NCBI GenBank assembly: GCA_029940695.1
Contig: JAPYUP010000001.1
Location: forward strand, 4,912-68,911
Length of the DNA: 64,000 bases
Reading direction: 5' to 3'
DNA from: Candidatus Thalassarchaeaceae archaeon
GTDB taxonomy: Archaea > Thermoplasmatota > Poseidoniia > Poseidoniales > Thalassarchaeaceae
The notes below the pieces were generated by a model. That model saw only the letters and a list, made by a program, of their open reading frames with translations, made no database searches and had not been told where the DNA came from. Of this stretch, positions 9,399 through 18,071 are shown in pieces. Within the stretch, counting starts at the first letter, position 1, and the number at the start of each line of letters is the position of its first letter. The position numbers and the translations under genes were made by a program.

Positions 9399-10475
9399 AT
9401 GAACACTGACAGAACTACCGTAAGAGAACGAATACTAACACAGGCAATGGTCGCACTGGCTGTACTGGCATTATTTGCTGGTGCATCAGTTGGGGCGAGC
9501 TTAGAAGAATTCGCAGCACCCACCTACGCTGAAGATAACGCGTATTCAGGAGCTGTGGATGATTCTACAGACGATAGTGACTGGAAAGCCATGGATTCAC
9601 ACAAGGGTATGAAAAATGGTGCAAAGTCCTTGATTGGAAGTTTCATGAGTAAGGGAATGGATGACCGAATGGATGATCGTGAAGCACATCTTGAAGAGAG
9701 GATTGCTATTGGTCAAGAAAGTGTTATCGCATACCAATACTGTATCGACAGCGCTGAATGTGACGTAGAGTCCACTGAGCTTCAAGACATGATCGACAAC
9801 ATCAACTCTAGGCATGCAGAAATGCAGGAGAAACTCAATTCTGATGATAAGGAACTGTCAGAGGAATCCAAGGGGGAGATAGACAATAACGATTGGGGCG
9901 AGTGGAATATTGACCAAAAGAGAGTTTTCTCCGATGATAGAGCAATGATGCTAGAAGCTGGTCGTGTCGCTATTTCATTCTGTATAAACAGCGAAGACTG
10001 TACGGCAAATCATGAGGTACTTGCAGAAGTTCTCGAACACATCTCAGTTCGACACGCCAACCACCAAGATTGTTCTGAGGAGGAGCGATGTGAGCGTGGT
10101 GACGATGATCGAAGAGGTCTGATGGAGAGATTACAAGATGCAATGCGCAGAGGACCTCGAGGTGGAGCAGATCATCAAAAATCTCACATGGACATTGGTC
10201 CAGATGTCTGCAAGGAACGTGGTGGTGAGTGGAATCTTCGTGCCTATCCAGCAGAAGCAACCGACAGAGGCGAGGGAGTTTACTACTGTAACTTCTGGTT
10301 TGATGGCGACCGTGAAATCGACGACCGTGAAATGACGCAGGAGGACTGCGGGGCTCGAGGAGGCACCTGGACTCAGGATGATACAGGGGACTCCTACTGC
10401 GACTTTGGGCAGGAGGATGACCGTGAGAACAGTGAGGAATCCGAAGACAACCGTGAAGAAGAAACGACTGACTGA
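9399..10475 (+). CDS. Secreted or membrane-anchored acidic Cys-rich repeat protein, hypothetical
   Basis: N-terminal hydrophobic signal, two CI.S..C...RHA helical repeats and two C..RGG.W...YC.F repeats. Confidence 0.75.
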   Translation: MNTDRTTVRERILTQAMVALAVLALFAGASVGASLEEFAAPTYAEDNAYSGAVDDSTDDSDWKAMDSHKGMKNGAKSLIGSFMSKGMDDRMDDREAHLEERIAIGQESVIAYQYCIDSAECDVESTELQDMIDNINSRHAEMQEKLNSDDKELSEESKGEIDNNDWGEWNIDQKRVFSDDRAMMLEAGRVAISFCINSEDCTANHEVLAEVLEHISVRHANHQDCSEEERCERGDDDRRGLMERLQDAMRRGPRGGADHQKSHMDIGPDVCKERGGEWNLRAYPAEATDRGEGVYYCNFWFDGDREIDDREMTQEDCGARGGTWTQDDTGDSYCDFGQEDDRENSEESEDNREEETTD

Positions 10476-10506
10476 AATTTGGTTATTGACAATCTGATTA
10501 CACAAA

Positions 10507-10536
10507 CGGTCCGGTGTGCTGATGCGCACCGGACCG
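10507..10536 (+). terminator. Strong GC-rich hairpin between genes (terminator or stabiliser candidate)
   Basis: CGGTCCGGTGTGC-TGAT-GCGCACCGGACCG forms a 13-bp stem with one G.U pair. No U-tract follows. Confidence 0.5.
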
Positions 10537-10571
10537 CCCAAACTTCAAACCGAGAGCCTTAGGGTTCAAGC

Positions 10572-11054
10572 ATGGCCGATGGAACAAGTTCTGACCATTC
10601 GGCTAAGATGGACAGAATAGTGAAACTAACGCTTTCTCTTGGTAGCTTCATGCTCCTTCTGTTAATTTCACTCCCCTTCACAATGAGTTCAGGTTCCCTG
10701 AGTGGAACTGCTCCTTATCTTCTATACTCATTATTCTTAACAAGTGTTGGAATAGTCATCGGTATCTCTCTAACTTGGCTTAATGACCCAACCCGATTGA
10801 CTGACAACGCCATTTCTGATTTACAGGCCACTAAGACTCAGATGCCTATGCTTTCTTCTGATGAAAAAGTGGTTGTCAATATCTTAGCCTCCAATGGAGG
10901 TTCTATGTGGCAGGCTGAGGTTGTGCGGGCTAGTGGATTCTCAAACTCAAAAGCGAGTAGATTGCTTTCACGAATGGAGCATTCTGGTATAATTGGACGG
11001 TTGAGGGATGGAATGGGCAAGCGGATCGAGTTGATAGATTTAGGAGGAGAGTAA
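10572..11054 (+). CDS. Membrane-anchored winged helix-turn-helix transcriptional regulator
   Basis: Two N-terminal TM helices, then LSSDEKVVVNIL..NGG.MWQAEVV...GFSNSKASRLLSRME..GII.R.RDGMG.RIEL. Confidence 0.85.
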   Translation: MADGTSSDHSAKMDRIVKLTLSLGSFMLLLLISLPFTMSSGSLSGTAPYLLYSLFLTSVGIVIGISLTWLNDPTRLTDNAISDLQATKTQMPMLSSDEKVVVNILASNGGSMWQAEVVRASGFSNSKASRLLSRMEHSGIIGRLRDGMGKRIELIDLGGE

Positions 11055-11489
11055 ATGGAGATGAGAGCAGAGAAGAGAATGATTGCACTGGTAACATTGG
11101 CTTTGATGATAGTCGTATTGTCAGCTAGGATGCTGTATCTGGTAGATGCTTCTTTGAGAGCGGGTGAAGGCTACGGTCTTACCGGGGATGGAGCCATACA
11201 AACTGTACCCTTGCTGTTGTTGCTGGTGGTTTTGCTGTGGTTAGTAACGGGAATATTCAGAGACTCTCCTCTTAATCTCGAAGTCGCTGACAAACAGACT
11301 ATTGCTATCATGGCACTAATGTTCGTGATTGGTTTCTACATTGGACCGGGCATTACTATCCCAACTGAACTTTCCAATTCAAATATTGTTGGAATCCTCA
11401 TGGTCATAGTTCCTATATTGCTAATTGGGGCGATGTTTTTCTCGATGAAAGATACTGAGCAGTCAATCGATATTGCCGAAGAAGAATGA
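11055..11489 (+). CDS. Hypothetical 4-TM membrane protein
   Basis: Four hydrophobic segments. Abuts the HTH gene, with an AGGAG Shine-Dalgarno upstream. Confidence 0.7.
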   Translation: MEMRAEKRMIALVTLALMIVVLSARMLYLVDASLRAGEGYGLTGDGAIQTVPLLLLLVVLLWLVTGIFRDSPLNLEVADKQTIAIMALMFVIGFYIGPGITIPTELSNSNIVGILMVIVPILLIGAMFFSMKDTEQSIDIAEEE

Positions 11490-11602
11490 CTCGCTCTTTC
11501 CGGGGGCCCCTTTGACATGATTCGTTCCTGACCCTAGTATGGGTAACTCTCGCCGATAACACGACCGGCTTTTCTCTTGGTCAGTTCATCCATGGAGTCA
11601 CA

Positions 11603-11971
11603 TTATTCCACTGCATAACCCTTGAGAAGGTCTAACGGGACAATTTGGAGAGTCTCCTCGTGAGTAGCCGACAGTATCACATGACAAGCTACTCCTTTGT
11701 TGGCAGCGTCTTGCCATGTCTGTGCGCAAACGCACCACCTGTCCCCCGGTGAGAGGCCGGGGAATCTGTGCTCAGGCACCGGTGTGATCAGATCGTTCCC
11801 CTCGGAGCGAGCGAACTCTAGGAACTCCTGAGAGACCAAGCAACAAACGGTATGTAACCCCGGGTCGTTGCGGTCAGTGTTGCAGCATCCATCCCTATAC
11901 CACCCCGTGAGGGGGTCGGAAGAACAAGTCTGCAACTCACCCCCAAGAACGTTGAATGATGGTAGCAACAA
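11603..11971 (-). CDS. DUF2237 family protein
   Basis: NVLGGEL..CS.DPLTGWYRDGCC.T...D.GLHTVC...FL.F....GNDLITP.P...FPGL.PGDRWCVCA. Confidence 0.92.
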   Translation of the reverse strand: MLLPSFNVLGGELQTCSSDPLTGWYRDGCCNTDRNDPGLHTVCCLVSQEFLEFARSEGNDLITPVPEHRFPGLSPGDRWCVCAQTWQDAANKGVACHVILSATHEETLQIVPLDLLKGYAVE

Positions 11972-12111
11972 TACTGACTCAAGTATTCAGTAGATTAACT
12001 CATGGATGAATCATTCGCATTTGTCATGAAGATTAGGGTGATATCAAACCCATTGAAACCCCTGGTCCTATGCCTACACAGCAGTTGAAGCACTAACCCC
12101 CATCGCACCTC

Positions 12112-12885
12112 ATGCCCAAACCCCGTTCTGCCGTCTGGTCGGGTATCGCTTGGGACGGAAAATCATCCCTGCTAGCAGCGGACATGCACTTTGATAGAAT
12201 TCATCGCCACGCCACAGTCCTAGGAATACAGACTCCTGACAACCTAGCCAAGAGTGTCTTCGAGGTCCTGACTGACCTCGAACTCCCTGGAGAGGCAAAT
12301 GACAGCACAGATCAAGCGGCCTTCCTCGTCATAGTTGGTGTAAGATCAAACGGGGAGTTCTACGTTGAGCCAGTCGTCATCCGGACTTGGCCCGAAGTCC
12401 CTCTGTCAGCGATTTCTCTCGCCGCTCCCACGTGGGACGAGCCCGTCAGAGGCACCAAGCACGCAGAGTGGGGGCCGTACAGGGACGCGAGACTGACTGC
12501 TATCGAAAACGGTGCGGACATCGCTCTGCTGTTTGAAGAAGATATCCTAGTGGACGGAGATCGCTGTGCCCCGCTACTGCTCGACTACGATGGCGTGGCC
12601 TACCACCCTCGGCACAGCGACGGCGCCCTAGACTCGGTAACCATTGAACAGATCCGGCCAGAACTCGAGGCAGTAGGTATCCCAGTGAGGCCGGTCAAAC
12701 TAACTCTCGACATGATACTACGTGCGTCTGAGATGGTGGTGTGCGGGAGCGGAATGGGGGTTCGCGCAATCGGCAGCATCGATAGTCGAACCATTGGCAC
12801 ACCTCGAGGCAGGCTGTTCCAAGCGGCCACGGAAGCATGGTTCTCTAGGCTCGAAGTTGGCTGGATTACTGCCGGGGACATCTAG
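12112..12885 (+). CDS. PLP-dependent aminotransferase class IV (4-amino-4-deoxychorismate lyase-like)
   Basis: HFDRI, GTKH (PLP Lys), A...GAD.ALL, GALDSVT, ASEMVVCGSGMGVRAI.SID. Confidence 0.75.
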   Translation: MPKPRSAVWSGIAWDGKSSLLAADMHFDRIHRHATVLGIQTPDNLAKSVFEVLTDLELPGEANDSTDQAAFLVIVGVRSNGEFYVEPVVIRTWPEVPLSAISLAAPTWDEPVRGTKHAEWGPYRDARLTAIENGADIALLFEEDILVDGDRCAPLLLDYDGVAYHPRHSDGALDSVTIEQIRPELEAVGIPVRPVKLTLDMILRASEMVVCGSGMGVRAIGSIDSRTIGTPRGRLFQAATEAWFSRLEVGWITAGDI

Positions 12886-13098
12886 GGTACTCGTCAGAAT
12901 CTACTTCGCTACCCTCTGATTCAGAAAGACACGCGCTAGATATGATGGTAATGGGGTCATGTTAGTAAAATATGGAAGAACGAATCAATGTATTATAGGG
13001 AGTCGAATCAGTCCTAGAGATCGTGCTGTATAGCATTCTGATGGTTGATGGGGACAGCAGTGCGGCGTAAGATGGGTTGAGAATAGACTACCGACCGG

Positions 13099-13359
13099 TC
13101 ATTCGGTTTCCTGTATCGAAGTTCCATAGACTGTGAGAACGACCGACCAACGTTTTCCGTCGAACGCTGGCGTCAATCCTGGTTTATTGGTTTCAAAGGA
13201 CGCAGAAGAGATTTCTCTCGTCTCTTTGAAGTGTCGAAGGTATTCCTGAATGTTCTCCCAAAGTTCCGGGAGCGATTCCGCATATACCCTCACATGCTGA
13301 CCCGGAGCCTCCCATCCATCAGCTAGGCCCATATCTACAACCTCCCACTTTTCGCCCAT
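13099..13359 (-). CDS. Small hypothetical protein
   Basis: 86-aa ORF with the GTTCAAG..GCACCCCC element exactly 29 nt upstream of its ATG. Confidence 0.65.
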   Translation of the reverse strand: MGEKWEVVDMGLADGWEAPGQHVRVYAESLPELWENIQEYLRHFKETREISSASFETNKPGLTPAFDGKRWSVVLTVYGTSIQETE

Positions 13360-13511
13360 GGTTTCCGAAGGGGGTGCGTGGCTTGAACAGTGTGTTTCTA
13401 GGACTCCCTATGAAATGTCAATAAGGTGGTAAATGAGTTGCCCTCGAGTCAATGATTACTGTGGATCGTATGCTGTTAACAAAGTAATCCTACTTGCTAT
13501 GCTAAATAGGG

Positions 13512-14879
13512 ATGGCAGGCGCGACCCAAAAGAGGTATAGGTTGGTTCGATTTTCAGATTTAGGAATTGGTCTCCAATTGGTCGAAGCATTGCGAATCGA
13601 GGGAATTATCGAGCCATTTGAAGTTCAGTGCGAAACAATTCCGGATGCGATTCTCGGCAGAGATGTATGCTGTAGGGCCCCGACTGGATCAGGAAAAACC
13701 TTGGCATTCGGTTTGCCACTGATTGCAAGGACCGCTGAAGCCAAGCCAAAAAGGCCGACTTCCTTGGTTCTCACCCCAACGAGAGAATTGGCCGAGCAAA
13801 TCAGAAATGTTCTGAAACCTCTTGCTAGGTCTGTGGATTTGGGCGTCTTGTCTATCTACGGAGGAACCCCATATAGGGGGCAATTGAGGTCACTGGCGCG
13901 CGGTGTCGACATCTTAGTCGCCTGCCCTGGCAGGCTACTCGATTTACTAGATAGGGGTGCACTTCGTCTCGATGATGTAGACATTGTCGTCCTTGATGAG
14001 GCCGATCGTATGGCAGACATGGGCTTCATGGAACCAGTCTGCTCGATACTCGATAAGTGTCGTCCGAAACGCCAGACAATATTATTCAGCGCAACTCTGG
14101 ACGATGACGTTGCTGAGATTGTCAAATCATATCAGAGCGATCCCGTCAAAATCAATATTGGACCTGTGGAAGTAAGCATGGAAAGCATGCAACACCTATT
14201 CTGGAAAACCAACTCGCGTTCAAAGGCGGATCTTTCGTCCTACATTGCTGAGAAATGTGGTCGAAGCATAATATTCTGTAGAACTAGGGCCGGAGTGAAC
14301 AGACTAGGGGATGAACTGAAGGTGATTGGCTCATCATACACCACCCTTCACGGGGGCATGAATCAGGGACAGAGAGCCAGGTCAATGCAAAAGTTCAGTG
14401 GTGGCCGTGCGAGAATCCTGATTGCAACCGATGTCGCTTCGCGTGGAATTGACGTAAACGACGTCGGGTGCGTGATAAATTTCGATCCGCCTGAAAATGG
14501 TAAGGCGTACAAGCATCGAAGTGGTAGAACCGCGCGAGCGGGCTCGACTGGAACTGTAGTCTCTTTGGTGCAGAGATCGCAACAGAAGCGGTACCGAAGT
14601 ATTCAAAATGGAGCGGGAATTAAGTGTAAGTTTACCGATCCCAGGGTGGAAATATTGGAGGAAAGAAAATTTATTCTAACTCCCTCCAATAGATCAGAAA
14701 GACGTAGCAATTCCAGAGGCTCACGAAATCACAACAAGAGGACAAGAGGAAATCGGAAAGGGGCGCAATCCAGTTCTACCCCCCATAAATCTGGATCCCC
14801 ACATGGCCGTCGAAAAGGGAAAGGGAAACACAAGTCCCGTTCTCGTAACAAACTAAGGAAAGCAGATTCTAGGGCTTAA
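13512..14879 (+). CDS. DEAD-box RNA helicase
   Basis: Q motif, APTGSGKT, PTRELA, GG, DEAD, SAT, ATDVASRGID, HRSGRTAR and a basic C-terminal tail. The probable start is TTG 13542, downstream of a GAGGT SD. Confidence 0.96.
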   Translation: MAGATQKRYRLVRFSDLGIGLQLVEALRIEGIIEPFEVQCETIPDAILGRDVCCRAPTGSGKTLAFGLPLIARTAEAKPKRPTSLVLTPTRELAEQIRNVLKPLARSVDLGVLSIYGGTPYRGQLRSLARGVDILVACPGRLLDLLDRGALRLDDVDIVVLDEADRMADMGFMEPVCSILDKCRPKRQTILFSATLDDDVAEIVKSYQSDPVKINIGPVEVSMESMQHLFWKTNSRSKADLSSYIAEKCGRSIIFCRTRAGVNRLGDELKVIGSSYTTLHGGMNQGQRARSMQKFSGGRARILIATDVASRGIDVNDVGCVINFDPPENGKAYKHRSGRTARAGSTGTVVSLVQRSQQKRYRSIQNGAGIKCKFTDPRVEILEERKFILTPSNRSERRSNSRGSRNHNKRTRGNRKGAQSSSTPHKSGSPHGRRKGKGKHKSRSRNKLRKADSRA

Positions 14880-14986
14880 TCACTCAGGGGTTTCAATGGA
14901 TTCCTTTTCCAATATCCACCCAATAATCTACGTACGAATAAGAATACTCCCGTCAAACTTGATGGGTACCTCCCTCTGCCAGATTC

Positions 14987-15883
14987 ATGGCCAACCAAAG
15001 GATTGAGGCAGTGGTACAAGGGCATTTGATTGATGTTCTATCAATCCTCCATCCTGAAGCAAAGAAAAACTCACTGCGGCGAATGATTGATCATGGACGC
15101 GTGCGGATAGATGGTAACAAGGCGACTCGTGCTAAGGAAATTGTTTCCATCGGATCAATTGTAGAAACACTCTCTCGTTCTGAAGGAGATAGTCCTGCCG
15201 GGGTAAAAATTGATGGAATTCCAGATCCAAAGATTCTATTCGATGATCACTCATTAATTGTCGTCAACAAACCCGCAGGTCTTCTTTCTGTGGCAACCCA
15301 GAGGGGTGAATTGGATACAATGTTTGACCGGACACTGAATTGGGTTTCAAGAAATCATTCAACTCGAGTACATCTTGTTCATCGTCTTGATAGGGAAACA
15401 TCTGGTTGTTTGCTTCTCGCTAAGTCTCCAGAAGTAAGAAATATGCTGCAAAAACAATTCAAAGATCGTACGGTTGAACGAATCTATCATGCTGTCGTAT
15501 TCGGAAAACCCCCTTCCGATTCAGGTGTCGTAACCTCTCGTATTCAGGAGACGAAAGATAAACGGATGCGTTTAGTAACGAAGGGATGGAGAGCTGGTAA
15601 GGAAGCGATTACTAACTGGAGAATAGAGCAGACTGCACCGATTCATAGTTTAATCAGAATAAAAATCGACACAGGGAGGAGATCTCAAATTAGACTCCAC
15701 ATGAGTGAAATTGGTTGTCCGGTTGCTGGCGATACTCGGTATGGCCGAGGTAAGGCAAGTGTGAACAGATTGTGTTTACACGCTTCTTCACTTGAATTTG
15801 AACATCCGAATGGAAACAGGATACGAGTTGATAGTGAGATTCCAACTAAGCTAAACTCAGAATTGAATCGCAGGTCGTTATGA
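14987..15883 (+). CDS. RluA/RluD family pseudouridine synthase with an S4-like N-terminus
   Basis: VVNKPAGLL, VHRLDRETSG, TGRRSQIRLH, GCPVAGD.RYG, LCLHA. Confidence 0.94.
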   Translation: MANQRIEAVVQGHLIDVLSILHPEAKKNSLRRMIDHGRVRIDGNKATRAKEIVSIGSIVETLSRSEGDSPAGVKIDGIPDPKILFDDHSLIVVNKPAGLLSVATQRGELDTMFDRTLNWVSRNHSTRVHLVHRLDRETSGCLLLAKSPEVRNMLQKQFKDRTVERIYHAVVFGKPPSDSGVVTSRIQETKDKRMRLVTKGWRAGKEAITNWRIEQTAPIHSLIRIKIDTGRRSQIRLHMSEIGCPVAGDTRYGRGKASVNRLCLHASSLEFEHPNGNRIRVDSEIPTKLNSELNRRSL

Positions 15884-15935
15884 GATCGTGAATAGGTGAA
15901 TCAAAGATCATAAATGGGCAATGGAATCATGAGCA

Positions 15936-16979
15936 TTAACCAATGAATCCAGCCCTCACTAAAGGTGCCACGTCGTTGGCATAGAGTTCAATCGAATTCA
16001 TCAGTTGCTCATGCGGCATTCCCCCATTGCTGTACTTCATGTCGAATCTGGAGAGCTTTAGTATCCTAGCATTTCGAATAATCTTCTCAGCTACTGTCTC
16101 CGGAGAGCCAACATAGAGTGAGCCTTCGGGTCCGATGGCGAACTCAAATTGGTCGTAAGTCACCGGGGGCCATCCCCGCTCTCTACCAATCCTTGTGAAC
16201 ATCTCTCTGTAGTGGGGCCAGACCTCCGCCTGGGCCCGCTCATCCGTGTTGGACACATGACCTGGACTATGGCAGGATATTGGCTGTATGGGGTGGCCAA
16301 ACCGCTCTAGAGAATGCAAATAGAGATCAACATACTGGGTGAACCTCTCTGGTTGGCCCCCTATGATTGCGATGCATAGTGGGAAACCGTAGCGGGCCGC
16401 CCTGACGACCGATTCAGGACTTCCGCCCACGCCAATCCACGTCCTAAGTGACCCTCGCTGCGTAGTTGGGTAGGCCCTTTGACCCCTAAGTGGTGGCCTA
16501 ATCGATCCTTTCCACTCGAGTGGTCCCTCGTGCTTGAGCAAAGACAAAATCTCAAGCTTCTCCCCGAACTGTATGTCATATTCCTCCATCTTAATCCCGA
16601 ATAGAGGAAAAGACTCTGTGAACGAACCCCTCCCAAGGATAACCTCGGCCCTTCCGTTAGAAAGAGCGTCAACTGTGGCAAACCTCTCGTAGACTCTAAT
16701 CGGGTCATCTGAGTTCAGAACCGTGACAGCGGATCCCAACCTGATTCTATTCGTCCTGCTGGCGATTGCTGCTAGTACGACCTCGGGTGAGGAAATGGCG
16801 AAGTCCTCCCTGTGGTGTTCTCCGACCCCGAAGAAATCCAATCCTAAGCTATCAGCTAGTACGGCCTCCTCGACTACATTGCGCAAGACTTCGTGTTGCT
16901 CAAGATGCTGTCCATTAGCCCCTCGAGTGACGTCCCCGAAGGTATCCAGACCCAGCAAGATACCGTTGTCAACCCCCAT
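15936..16979 (-). CDS. LLM-class (luciferase-like) flavin-dependent oxidoreductase
   Basis: GLDTFGD, FGVGEHHR, RLGSAVTVL.SDDP.RV, GRGSFTESFPLFG, GVGGSPESV.RAA. SD AAGGTGG lies before ATG 16979. Confidence 0.93.
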   Translation of the reverse strand: MGVDNGILLGLDTFGDVTRGANGQHLEQHEVLRNVVEEAVLADSLGLDFFGVGEHHREDFAISSPEVVLAAIASRTNRIRLGSAVTVLNSDDPIRVYERFATVDALSNGRAEVILGRGSFTESFPLFGIKMEEYDIQFGEKLEILSLLKHEGPLEWKGSIRPPLRGQRAYPTTQRGSLRTWIGVGGSPESVVRAARYGFPLCIAIIGGQPERFTQYVDLYLHSLERFGHPIQPISCHSPGHVSNTDERAQAEVWPHYREMFTRIGRERGWPPVTYDQFEFAIGPEGSLYVGSPETVAEKIIRNARILKLSRFDMKYSNGGMPHEQLMNSIELYANDVAPLVRAGFIG

Positions 16980-16984
16980 TGATT

Positions 16985-17185
16985 TCACCACCTTAGTTTG
17001 GGGGCAATGAGGACGTCTGTCTCTGTCCAATCCTGGGACCTGAATTCATCCACAACGCCAAATCCGCCCCATATGGCAGAGAGAAAGATGCCCAGAATGA
17101 TGCCGACTGCGCCTATCCCGATGAACATCATCCGCTTCTCATCATCGTCGGGGATTGTTTCATCTTCAGATGGAGCATCTTCCAT
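16985..17185 (-). CDS. Small single-TM protein, possibly a truncated DUF3592-like fragment
   Basis: Acidic N-terminus and a TM helix, then SQDWTETD.LI, ending abruptly at the LLM ribosome-binding site. Confidence 0.45.
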   Translation of the reverse strand: MEDAPSEDETIPDDDEKRMMFIGIGAVGIILGIFLSAIWGGFGVVDEFRSQDWTETDVLIAPKLRW

Positions 17186-17329
17186 GGCGCGGTGTTTTCA
17201 CCTAAACTAATTGAGGCTATCTTGCCACATGGATTCAGAGGGGGGGCCATGCAACTAACGGGTGTTGGATGCGCCCCCCTTCCAAGGTACCGATAATGAC
17301 GCAGGCATCTTAGAGGGTGCCCCCTACTG

Positions 17330-17539
17330 ATGACTATGGTCAATTGGGAGCGTGCTATCCTCGAATTGATCGCTGGTATGATTTTTCTTACAACAATGTA
17401 CATTGTTGGTGTGGAATATTTTGGCTATTTTGGCTATCTAGCTTTCATTTCTATTTTCTGGATGTCAATACTAATTGTGTTAACCATTTGGCTTAGGGCA
17501 AATAGGAAAGCTATCTTCGTAATCGATGAAGAAGAGTGA
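17330..17539 (+). CDS. Small 2-TM hypothetical protein
   Basis: Two hydrophobic helices and an acidic C-terminus (DEEE). Confidence 0.6.
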   Translation: MTMVNWERAILELIAGMIFLTTMYIVGVEYFGYFGYLAFISIFWMSILIVLTIWLRANRKAIFVIDEEE

Positions 17540-17577
17540 ACGGCATCATCTTCCCTAGGGATTGTGCTGCATAGCAG

Positions 17578-17910
17578 TTAATCGAGCTCGGGGCTGTCCC
17601 CCCCCTCCCACCATCCCTTCTCTATGATTTTGTGTCTCCTTGCAAGGTAAAACACGGTAAGAGCCGGCCAAAAGGCAATAATCAGGAAGATAAAAAGTGC
17701 AGCGATTGGATCCCTACCTCTTATGGACCCCGAAGGAACGTAATCAAAAACCGACTGGATGGATGTAAGTTTCTGAAATACGTACCACCAGACTGTGTTC
17801 AGTGTCAACGCCAAGAGAAAAATCATCGTTCCAAGCCTATTGCGTTCGCCGAGTTCGGAGTCTTGCGTCGAGGTGGGGGAGACCTCTTCATCTCCTTCAG
17901 CCAGAGCCAT
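17578..17910 (-). CDS. Small 2-TM hypothetical protein ending in the GWWEGGDSPE motif
   Basis: Acidic N-terminus, two TM helices and a CTTGAAAG box 30 nt upstream of the ATG. Confidence 0.7.
   Translation of the reverse strand: MALAEGDEEVSPTSTQDSELGERNRLGTMIFLLALTLNTVWWYVFQKLTSIQSVFDYVPSGSIRGRDPIAALFIFLIIAFWPALTVFYLARRHKIIEKGWWEGGDSPELD
17588..17617 (-). repeat. 30-bp inverted repeat, copy 1
   Basis: The minus strand reads GGGATGGTGGGAGGGGGGGGACAGCCCCGA, 28/30 identical to 19176-19205 (+). Confidence 0.85.
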
Positions 17911-18071
17911 TACTCACCAATTGAGACCATTACTTTCAAGCATATTCCCTGCAATGACCCCTCTATGTCGTATGCATACACTAGGGTTGCGTGGTATATG
18001 CCACTGAGTACCTCGACGGTACCTCACACGATTTGCGATGCTTTCTTGACATGATTCACAACCGCGCTTTC

